Origin: Candidatus Woesearchaeota archaeon
GTDB lineage: Archaea > Nanobdellota > Nanobdellia > SCGC-AAA011-G17 > JAFCDX01
Direction: 5' to 3'
Length of the DNA: 35,886 bases
NCBI GenBank assembly: GCA_018302265.1
Contig: JAGVZV010000008.1
Span: 1 to 35,886 of the forward strand
Shown here: positions 10,010 through 17,917 of the stretch, one piece after another
How positions within the stretch are numbered: position 1 is the first letter of the stretch
Layout: every line of letters begins with the position of its first letter
Position numbers and translations under genes: made by a program
The notes under the pieces: model-generated
What the model was told of the DNA's origin: nothing
Database searches by the model: none
Seen by the model: only the letters and a program-made list of their open reading frames with translations

Positions 10010-10927
10010 ATGAATTATAAGATAGGAAATCTAAGATTAAAGAATAATCTCGTTCTTGCTCCAATGGCAGGCATAAATGACACTGCATTCAGAATGTTAT
10101 GCAAGAGATACGGAGCAGGTTTAGTGTATACTGAAATGATAAACGCTAATGCTATTTTTAATAAGAATAAGGCTACTCTTAAAAAATTGAATTTTGTCGA
10201 GGAAGAAAGGCCTATTGCAGTACAATTATTTGGAGCAAATTTAAAAATGCTGGAATCAGCAGCAGTGATAGCAGAAGAAAAAGCAGATATTATTGATATA
10301 AATTTTGGATGTCCGGATTTAAAAGTATTAAATCAGGGATGCGGTGCAGCCTTGCTAAAAAGACCAAAAAGGATATCTGAAATAATAAAGGCAGTTGTAA
10401 ATAAAGTTAGCATTCCTGTAACTGCGAAGATTAGAATAGGAACTGATAGCATAAAGATAGCAAGATTAATTGAAGACGCTGGTGCTTCAGCTATTGCTGT
10501 ACATGCAAGAACAGTACGTCAGGGTTATTCAGGAAAAGCAGACTGGAGTAAAATAAGAGAAATAAAAGAAGCTGTGAATATCCCTATTATTGGGAATGGG
10601 GATGTATTCACAAAAGAAGATGCAGAAAACATGCAAAAATCAACAAAATGTGATTTTATAATGATTGGAAGAGCTGCAATGACAAATCCTGCGATATTCA
10701 AGGAGATTACTAATGGGAAGATAAGCAGCAAAGAAAAGCTAGATTTATTTTTTGAATATATTGAACTAGCAGAGAAATATAACTGCTATAAGTTTGTAAC
10801 TGCAAAAAGGCATGCACTAAATTTTACAAGAGGGATGCCAAATTCAACAAGATTAAGAGAAAGAATAAGTTTATCTAAAACCATTGATGAAGTAAAAGAG
10901 AGTATTTTATCCTTTGATAACTGTTAA
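10010..10927 (+). CDS. dusB: tRNA-dihydrouridine synthase (DusB-like)
   Basis: LAPMAG, DINFGCP, VHART, IIGNGDV and MIGRAA motifs. Confidence 0.93.
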   Translation: MNYKIGNLRLKNNLVLAPMAGINDTAFRMLCKRYGAGLVYTEMINANAIFNKNKATLKKLNFVEEERPIAVQLFGANLKMLESAAVIAEEKADIIDINFGCPDLKVLNQGCGAALLKRPKRISEIIKAVVNKVSIPVTAKIRIGTDSIKIARLIEDAGASAIAVHARTVRQGYSGKADWSKIREIKEAVNIPIIGNGDVFTKEDAENMQKSTKCDFIMIGRAAMTNPAIFKEITNGKISSKEKLDLFFEYIELAEKYNCYKFVTAKRHALNFTRGMPNSTRLRERISLSKTIDEVKESILSFDNC

Positions 10928-10942
10928 GACTTTTTAAATAAA

Positions 10943-10995
10943 GCGTATACTGCAATGTATATGTTGTAGTGAACTGCAAATTGCAGGGTGTGCGC
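10943..10995 (+). ncRNA. Possible structured RNA (three-way junction) between the convergent dus and rtcB genes
   Basis: P1 GCGUAUAC/GUGUGCGC, P2 10951-10968, P3 CUGCA-AAU-UGCAG; G-U pairs favour the + strand. Confidence 0.35.
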
Positions 10996-11077
10996 GGGGG
11001 GTTTATAAAGGAAATTTACTTAATTGAAATATGAAACTATCAGAACCAATTATAAAATGGGCGTTAGATTTTTTAAA

Positions 11078-12524
11078 TCAACCTTTAATTACAGAAAGTG
11101 GTGAAACTCTTACGACCTTGCTTCCCAAACCAACACCATGAGAAACTTCTATAACTGACTCTATTTCCTTGTACACTCCAGGCGCTTCTTCAGCAAGTCC
11201 ATCCCAAGAACCAGATTTTACTTCTATACCTTTTTCATGCAATTCTTTTTTAATAGTTTCCCCTCTGAATTGTCTTAAAGCTTCATGCCTTGACATCACT
11301 CTACCTGCACCATGAGGAGCACTACTAAAAGAAATCTCTTCTGCTTTGTTAGTTCCAACTAAAATATATGATGGATTACCCATCGATGAAGGCACAAGTA
11401 CCGGCTGTCCTGTTTTTTTATAAATCTCAGGTAATTCATCTCGTCCAGGACCAAAAGATCTTGTAGCACCTTTACGCATAATCAATACTTCTCTCGTTTT
11501 TCCATCTATTAAATGTTTTTCGAATTTTGCCACATTATGCGCGACGCAATATAATAAATTTATTTTTACCTTACCAAAAACTTTTTCAAAAGATTCACGT
11601 ATCCAATGCATTATCATCTGTCTATTTGCAAATGCAAAATTAGTTGCTGCACTCATTGCACCATAATATTTTTGCCCTAAATCAGAATTGATTGGTGCAT
11701 TTATCAGTTCTCTGTCAGGCAAATCCTTAAATCCATATTTCTGCTCCATTAGTTTTATGTAATCAGATGCAACTTGATGCCCAAGACCACGACTACCACA
11801 ATGAATTTGTATAACAACATTCTCTGGGTTAATACCCCATTCTTTAGCAATTTTATCATCAAATATCTTATCCACTTTTTCAACTTCCAAAAAATGATTT
11901 CCTGATCCTAGAGAACCAAGCTGAGGCATCCCACGTTTTAATGCTGTATCTGAAACAGCACCTGGATCTGCTTTTGGCATACAACCATACTCTTCTGTTC
12001 TATCAATATCTTCTTTTATGCCATAACCTTCTTTTACTGCCCATTTAGTCCCATTTTTTAGAACCTCCATCAAAATATCCTTTGTTACTCTTAGAGTTCC
12101 CTTGCTTCCAAGACCGGATGGAACATTCTTGTATACTTCATTGATTAATTGATCTCTTTTTTTTAGAAATTCATTTACAGAAAGGTCTGTTAAACAGCAT
12201 CTTACCCCACAATTGATGTCGTCTCAGGAAATTAAAGATTCTTTAATTTAATCCTACGCCACCAGGTGAGATTATTCCTTCCTGCATATCAAATGCAGCT
12301 ACACCACCGATTGGAAAACCGTAGCCTGAATGTATGTCTGGCATAGCCAAAGCACGCTTTTGGATTCCCTTCAGTGTTGCAACATTTGCTAGCTGTTTTA
12401 TTGCCTCTGGCTCTACAGCATCAAGGAGCTTTTTAGATGCAAAAATAACTCCTGGAACCAGCATAGAGCCTGTTTTAGGCAATTCCCATTCATATTCCGA
12501 TATTTTCTTTAACTGGTCTTTCAT
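11078..12524 (-). CDS. rtcB: RtcB RNA ligase in two exons (12524-12251 and 12222-11078); 472 aa after splicing
   Basis: [28 protein letters not shown] and HGAGR motifs; removing 28 nt restores ISPGGVGYDINCGVR and a single 1419-nt frame. Confidence 0.93.
12223..12250 (-). other. 28-nt BHB mRNA intron in rtcB
   Basis: Central helix UAGG/CCUG, bulges AU|U and AG|A, 9-bp inner stem AAAUUAAAG/CUUUAAUUU, outer exon-exon helix; contains an in-frame TAA. Confidence 0.88.
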
Positions 12525-12539
12525 TGTTGATAATAAGAT

Positions 12540-13583
12540 TTATGTATTTATTAACATTTCGCTGATTTTTTCTCTTAGTTTATATGTATCAGCCCATTTT
12601 GCATAAGCCTGCCATCCTTGATAGCTTTCTAGAATCTTTTCTTTTGTTATTTGTTTATTTTTATACTGATTTATTTTTATCAACATTTTTCTTATATTTC
12701 TTTTCCTTAATAGCCTATAATAATAAAAATTCCTAAAACCAATAAAATCTATTCCTCTTGATAAAGAGATTACTTTAGACTTTTCTTTGTGCAATTCCAG
12801 CTTTAATTCTTCTTTTAGAAAGGCGTCTATTTGTTCTTTCCATTTGGTTAATTGCTCTTTAGAATTATGCAAAATCACAAAATCATCAACATATCTTATA
12901 TAATATTTAGCTTTAAGTTTATGCTTAACAAAATAATCCAATTCATTGAGATAAACATTTGCAAAGAACTGAGAAGTCAGATTTCCTAGGGGCATTCCTA
13001 TATCCTCTTTTTCCTGTCCATTTATTAATATTAGTTTGATTAAATTGATTACTTTTTCATCTGCTATCTTCTTCTCTATTATTTTTATTAAAATGTTATG
13101 ACTAACTTCATAAAAATAATGCTTTATATCTCCTTTGAAGCAATAGCCTGAAACAAAATTATCATCAAAAATATCAGAGATTAACTTTCCATTATTTGAT
13201 GCCTTTCTCTTGAACAGATTGAATCTTTTAACTGCAAATAAATTTCCTTTGTTCTTTCTTGAAGCGCATGAATCATGTATAAATATCTTCTCAAAAATAG
13301 GTTCTATTATGTTGCATAAAGCATGATGGACTATCCTGTCTTCAAAAAAGGAAACGTGTATTACCCTTGTTTTTGGGTCTCTGATAATAAATCTCTTTAG
13401 CGGTCTTGGCTTGTAGGTTTCACTTAATAATCTTTCTTGTAGTCTTAATAGATTTTCTTTTAAATTATATTTAAATTGAATTACGTAATCTTTTTTGGTC
13501 TTTCCTTTTCTAGCTTTTTTGAATGCTAGCAATAAATTATTATAAGAATAAATTTTATGATATAAATTATTATGAGTATGCAT
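12540..13583 (-). CDS. DGR reverse transcriptase
   Basis: KARKGK, DPKTRVIH...DRIVHHAL, GMPLGNLTSQFFAN (DGR-type SQ), RYVDDF; adjacent TR. Confidence 0.95.
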   Translation of the reverse strand: MHTHNNLYHKIYSYNNLLLAFKKARKGKTKKDYVIQFKYNLKENLLRLQERLLSETYKPRPLKRFIIRDPKTRVIHVSFFEDRIVHHALCNIIEPIFEKIFIHDSCASRKNKGNLFAVKRFNLFKRKASNNGKLISDIFDDNFVSGYCFKGDIKHYFYEVSHNILIKIIEKKIADEKVINLIKLILINGQEKEDIGMPLGNLTSQFFANVYLNELDYFVKHKLKAKYYIRYVDDFVILHNSKEQLTKWKEQIDAFLKEELKLELHKEKSKVISLSRGIDFIGFRNFYYYRLLRKRNIRKMLIKINQYKNKQITKEKILESYQGWQAYAKWADTYKLREKISEMLINT

Positions 13584-13610
13584 TTTATTGCCTTAGCAGC
13601 ATAGACCATT

Positions 13611-13710
13611 CCGAGCCCAGAAGTCCCGTTCTTAATGAATTTCGAGTTCTGAGGATCCCTATTGCAATTCAAGTTAGCCCTATCCGAGTTAGCATTGAAC
13701 CCCGCAACAG
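13611..13710 (-). repeat. DGR template repeat (82 nt plus an 18-nt insert)
   Basis: AAY-rich (aat gct aac tcg gat agg gct aac ttg aat tgc aat agg gat cct cag aac tcg aa|t tct ggg ctc gg); 19 adenines in 12 codons; aligns to three VRs. Confidence 0.95.
13623..13640 (-). other. 18-nt putative BHB/BHL intron inside the TR
   Basis: Absent from all VRs; fold CUCG-AA|A-UUC-AUUAA-GAA-CGGG-AC|U with cut sites exactly at the insert ends. Confidence 0.75.
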
Positions 13711-13917
13711 TTAAAGTAGCACACTAATCAAATATTCACGGCTATCTTAATTTTCATTCAGAAACTTTCCCAAGGCTCCTTCATTATTACTGGTTATCAT
13801 AGCTGTATTTTATAACCGGAATCTTTTGGATTTGGTTGTAATCAGCATGCATGTGGTCTAAGTTATTGATCCTCACTAACTTATTGGGTAAGTTTCAAAT
13901 CAATAGAGCTAAGACAT
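13711..13917 (-). ncRNA. Structured non-coding leader upstream of the TR
   Basis: Nested stems GUCU/AGAC, UAUUGAU/AUCAAUA, AACUUA/UAAGUU (13856-13915) and GGUUAU/AUAACC (within 13790-13819); no ORF of Avd size; TATA-like TTTATTAA at 13944-13937. Confidence 0.55.
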
Positions 13918-13954
13918 TTTTATAGAATAAAATTAATTAATAAAGCTTCCTAAA

Positions 13955-14752
13955 TTACGCGCCTTCGGCGCACCCAAACACCCCGAGCCCAGAATACGAG
14001 AACCGAGGATCCCAATTGCAACCCAAGTCAGCCCAATCCGAGTAAGCATAGAACCCCGCCACAGCACCATCTTCTGGTTTCCAATATCTAATATTTTCTC
14101 CTTGTCTATACTCTTGAGTATTATGTTTTGCATTTGGATTTGCTAATCCCTGATTATTTAGATTGGTAAAATCTATATAACAGTCATTCATTAGGCACGG
14201 ATTTAAATCTTCAACTGTTGTTACAAGTTTTCCATTATTTAACCCATTTATTGTTTCAAGATGCCATTTTTTCTTTTTATTTATGCATTTTCCATTAAGC
14301 CATGTCCACACTCCTAGTTTTTTTGGGTCATATATAGCTATGTGATCTTTAGTTAGATGTAGATACATATTCAGTATTTCCTCTTCTCTAATTCTTGAGT
14401 TTTCTGCATTTAGTACAGGTGTCTTATTTTTGTAAGCATCTAAAATTTTATTGAAAAAATGCATGAATATTCTTGGAGTGGGTACATACAGTTTATTTCC
14501 AAGCAATTTTGTATGGGTATCTTCGTAATTCATGTTATTGTATCCTGGCAGTTCAAACTTGGATATTACTGCTCTTTTTCCATATAATCCATTTGTATCT
14601 AATTGAACATATTCTTTTGGATCTTGTATATCAAATTCTCCAGAAACATTTGGATCATCTACTTTTTGTGCTAGTATAGAAGTCTCTTTTAGATCTGGAT
14701 TATGGGTTAATTCTGCTAATCTTATTAGATTTGGATTAATTCTCTTATTCAT
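13955..14752 (-). CDS. DGR target protein 1 (probable C-type lectin-fold variable protein)
   Basis: C-terminal VR (AGFYAYSDWADLGCNWDPRFSYSGLGV); shared N-terminal INPNL..LAE...PDLK motif. Confidence 0.9.
   Translation of the reverse strand: MNKRINPNLIRLAELTHNPDLKETSILAQKVDDPNVSGEFDIQDPKEYVQLDTNGLYGKRAVISKFELPGYNNMNYEDTHTKLLGNKLYVPTPRIFMHFFNKILDAYKNKTPVLNAENSRIREEEILNMYLHLTKDHIAIYDPKKLGVWTWLNGKCINKKKKWHLETINGLNNGKLVTTVEDLNPCLMNDCYIDFTNLNNQGLANPNAKHNTQEYRQGENIRYWKPEDGAVAGFYAYSDWADLGCNWDPRFSYSGLGVFGCAEGA
13959..13971 (-). promoter_or_regulatory. Post-VR hairpin GCGCC-GAA-GGCGC
   Basis: 5-bp GC stem with a GAA triloop 11 nt downstream of VR1, the usual position of DGR target-recognition hairpins. 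Confidence 0.75.
13983..14064 (-). repeat. Variable repeat VR1
   Basis: Versus the TR without the insert: 11 mismatches at TR adenines and 1 non-A near the 5' edge. Confidence 0.95.
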
Positions 14753-15603
14753 TTTTGCTCCTTAATTTTTGCGATACGCACCCCGAGCCCAGAATACGAG
14801 AGCAGAGGATCACTAAGGCAATCCAAGAGAGCCCTACCCGAGGAAGCATAGAACCCCGCAACAGAATTATTATCCTTCATTGGACGCCAATAATTAATAT
14901 CATCTCCTTCTTTTGTTGGCATTCCCTGCTTGTTGCAACCGGATAAATCTATTTTACAATTATCCATTAGACATTCTTCTAATAATTTCCTATTTCTTGG
15001 GATTAAATTACCATTTGCATCCCGGACATGATTATAATAAATATATAAATTACCTTTTTCACTTTCCTGTATTTCCTTTCCTGCCTTATTTAAATATTTA
15101 AAATCAGCATCAAGCCATTCTGCTCTTCCAGGATTTCTTACACCAATAATTTCATCTAAAATTCTTTCCAGTTCTTTTGAATCTATTTTATTTTCATTAC
15201 CATCAAATGCTTTTCCTGATTTAAGAAGACTAATAAAATCTATCCCCTGCCTTGGATTAAGAGTAAATCCATTTAATTCTAAATTCAATCTTAAGGAATT
15301 TATCCAATTTATGTTTCCAATATAATCTCTTCCATTCTTTTCCTTTGATGTATTTGATAATTTTAATCCCAAAATATTTGCTACTTTTTCAACTTCTGGA
15401 TTATAAGATAATCTGTATTTTGAAACTAACAAATCAGGATATTCATAAGTTCCATGTCTTCCTTCAAGAATAATATAATCCTGTGGGTTTTGAACATTTA
15501 TGTTTGGTGTTTGTATTGGCTGTTGCACTAGTGAAGTATCCACTTTTAGATCTGGATCATATGTCTGCTCTGCTAGTTTTAGTAAATTTGGGTTTATTTT
15601 CAT
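14749..15603 (-). CDS. DGR target protein 2
   Basis: C-terminal VR (AGFYASSGRALLDCLSDPLLSYSGLGVR); N-terminal MKINPNLLKLAEQTYDPDLK. Confidence 0.9.
   Translation of the reverse strand: MKINPNLLKLAEQTYDPDLKVDTSLVQQPIQTPNINVQNPQDYIILEGRHGTYEYPDLLVSKYRLSYNPEVEKVANILGLKLSNTSKEKNGRDYIGNINWINSLRLNLELNGFTLNPRQGIDFISLLKSGKAFDGNENKIDSKELERILDEIIGVRNPGRAEWLDADFKYLNKAGKEIQESEKGNLYIYYNHVRDANGNLIPRNRKLLEECLMDNCKIDLSGCNKQGMPTKEGDDINYWRPMKDNNSVAGFYASSGRALLDCLSDPLLSYSGLGVRIAKIKEQK
14783..14864 (-). repeat. Variable repeat VR2
   Basis: 13 mismatches at TR adenines and 1 non-A (agg to agt). Confidence 0.95.
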
Positions 15604-17150
15604 TGTATTGATTTCTTGAGTTCCCCCATTGTTATGCTTTTAATGTCATCCTGTGAATGAAGTGGGAGAATAGCTACATTTTTCTTATCTTTCAACCTTT
15701 CTGACAGATTTTTTATGTTCCCAGAATCTGTATAGAACAAATGAACCCTGTGAACATTTGGCAATCCAGAGATGTAAGACAAAAATTCATCTAAATTGTG
15801 AATTCCCATATCAGAAACAACGCTTATGTCAATGCTCTTTTGCGCTTTAACCATATTTTCTATTGTTGATGTGCTGAATACAGTTCCGCCTGACTGATAT
15901 GTTCTTATTATTTTGTGGATATTTTCCTTTTTATTGGAAGGACCAAAAACCAGATTGTCTGCTGAAAAATTATAAATTGTTACCTTAGATCCATTATTGA
16001 GATAGGCATTTGCTATTACAGTTGCTCCTAAAACAGGTATTGAAATATTTTCATCAGGGTTTGGCATGCTCCCAGATGAATCAATAACAATCAAGCTATC
16101 CGGAATTTCAAAATAGGCTGTTGTAACCTCTCCCTCTTTCTTAATCCATTTTTGTGTTATACCTGGAATTATTCCTGGACTTGAAAAAGGATCAAGATCA
16201 TTTATGTGATCATCGAGACTAAATTCCTCATGTGAGTGTGGATATAAACTTCCATTCTTTTGTATTTGTTTTTTTCTAATAGGTATTGAAAAGTTCTCTG
16301 CAAGTGCTGAATAGAAATTTCTTGCTATAATTATATTTCCCTTCTCAGTTCCAGCGCTTTTTCCTGATTCTTGTTCTTTTAATTCCTTTCCCTCATTAGA
16401 TTTTTCTAAAAATTGTTTTACTACATCCTCAAATTCTCCAGGCTGTGATTCCTGGGCAAACTGCCTTATTCCCTCTCTTACTTGATTATCAGAAAAACCA
16501 GAGCCAGAATCATGATCTTTTGATTCATATTTTTCATCCTGATGTTGGTCCATATATTCTTTAATAACACCAATAAATTTCCTAAAATTATTTTCTTCAT
16601 TTGTTTTATCTAAATAATCTATTCCACTTAATCTTTCAATTAAATTATTTTCTTCTTTCTTAAGTTTTAATCCAAAATCTGTTTTCCATAATTTTTGACA
16701 TAATCCAAAAAATATCTTATCCAAACTTTTTGATTTTATAGCTTCTGATTTTAGAGATTTTGGTATGCTCTCGTAACCCTTATTCTCAACAAGATTTGTA
16801 TTATTTTGTACATTCAAGAATGCCTCTCTTGAATAATAAGCCTTCTGCCCATAAAGACTTTCACTGGCGATTTTTTGCAATCTTAACAAATTTAAAACAG
16901 ATCCAGGATAATCTATAAAATGCCCTGTTTCATGCCCTAAAATTGCATTGAATGATGTAGATTCATCGCAATCAGATTTCTTCAGTTCTTGGACATAATC
17001 TGGATTAATAGTAATTTGGAGATTTTCAAAATTAAATTGTCCATTTGGAATATCTTGTGATAATTTTGGCTGAGGCAATTGAGGATAGTAAAAATCCCTT
17101 CTTACTTCCTGCCATTCTCTTTCCATTATATTTTGTAAATCTTCAGTCAT
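15600..17150 (-). CDS. vWA domain protein with an N-terminal HExxH metallopeptidase-like motif
   Basis: GHETGH motif; MIDAS IDSSGSM, SGGT and VVSD. Confidence 0.85.
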   Translation of the reverse strand: MTEDLQNIMEREWQEVRRDFYYPQLPQPKLSQDIPNGQFNFENLQITINPDYVQELKKSDCDESTSFNAILGHETGHFIDYPGSVLNLLRLQKIASESLYGQKAYYSREAFLNVQNNTNLVENKGYESIPKSLKSEAIKSKSLDKIFFGLCQKLWKTDFGLKLKKEENNLIERLSGIDYLDKTNEENNFRKFIGVIKEYMDQHQDEKYESKDHDSGSGFSDNQVREGIRQFAQESQPGEFEDVVKQFLEKSNEGKELKEQESGKSAGTEKGNIIIARNFYSALAENFSIPIRKKQIQKNGSLYPHSHEEFSLDDHINDLDPFSSPGIIPGITQKWIKKEGEVTTAYFEIPDSLIVIDSSGSMPNPDENISIPVLGATVIANAYLNNGSKVTIYNFSADNLVFGPSNKKENIHKIIRTYQSGGTVFSTSTIENMVKAQKSIDISVVSDMGIHNLDEFLSYISGLPNVHRVHLFYTDSGNIKNLSERLKDKKNVAILPLHSQDDIKSITMGELKKSIQ

Positions 17151-17152
17151 TT

Positions 17153-17917
17153 TTACTCCTTAATTTTTGCGATACGCACCCCGAGCCCAGAATACGAGCC
17201 CCGAGGATCCCAAGCGCAACTCAAGAGAGCCCTACCCGAGAAAGCAACGAACCCCGCAACACGTTCTTTTTGTTTTTCTAGTTTGGAATTAACACGCCAG
17301 ATATGAGCATCCTTTTCTGTTATCCATTTGTAAATATTATTTATTTCTTGTAAATTATCAGATCCTAGTAATGCCTTGAATGTATTTTTTTCTTTTAATT
17401 TTTTTACCCATTCATCTGGTCCAACAAAATCATCAGACACATTATATTGATCAGGCATTTTATAATTGTGAATTACTATATCTTTATTTGGAGAAGGCAT
17501 ATATTTTATTCTTGTTAAAGTCATTAACCAATTCTTGAACATTTTTTCTTTAATGAATTGCTTTGCCTGTTCTACTAAGTGCTTATTAGAAGAATCTCTG
17601 TTCTGATACAATGCCTGAAATAATGAATGATAGAGAGGAAAATCTCCTAGCTTAAATTCATTTGTTTTAGAGTATTCTGACCACTGGTCTTGTGTCTTAG
17701 AATCTCCATTATCCAATAATTCTTTTTGCAAGTCCACATGGTAAATTCCATCTCTGTAATTTACTCCTGTTACTGCCCAAAAATTAGGATTGTTGTTTAT
17801 ACTAAATTCTTGGGAAATATTTGGATCAGCTACTTTTTGTGCTAGTATAGAAGTCTCTTTTAGATCTGGATCATATGTCTGCTCTGCTAGTTTTAGTAAA
17901 TTTGGGTTTATTTTCAT
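17153..17917 (-). CDS. DGR target protein 3
   Basis: C-terminal VR (AGFVAFSGRALLSCAWDPRGSYSGLGVR); shared N-terminal motif. Confidence 0.9.
   Translation of the reverse strand: MKINPNLLKLAEQTYDPDLKETSILAQKVADPNISQEFSINNNPNFWAVTGVNYRDGIYHVDLQKELLDNGDSKTQDQWSEYSKTNEFKLGDFPLYHSLFQALYQNRDSSNKHLVEQAKQFIKEKMFKNWLMTLTRIKYMPSPNKDIVIHNYKMPDQYNVSDDFVGPDEWVKKLKEKNTFKALLGSDNLQEINNIYKWITEKDAHIWRVNSKLEKQKERVAGFVAFSGRALLSCAWDPRGSYSGLGVRIAKIKE
17181..17261 (-). repeat. Variable repeat VR3
   Basis: 15 mismatches, all at TR adenines. Confidence 0.95.

Noticed and set aside
11078..12524. rtcB as a simple pseudogene, naturally split gene or programmed frameshift
   Set aside because: Both parts are otherwise intact and BHB-rule cuts restore the exact conserved motif; a frameshift would leave extra residues in the active site
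12540..13583. RT as group II intron, retron or CRISPR-associated RT
   Set aside because: DGR-type LGNLTSQ motif, no maturase/endonuclease extension, and clear TR/VR pairs with adenine-specific changes
13523..14133. ORFs 13523..13714 (+) and 13933..14133 (-) as Avd or other accessory genes
   Set aside because: They are antisense or alternate-frame readings of the TR and VR1 with no four-helix-bundle character; the same applies to 14755..14946 and 17045..17281
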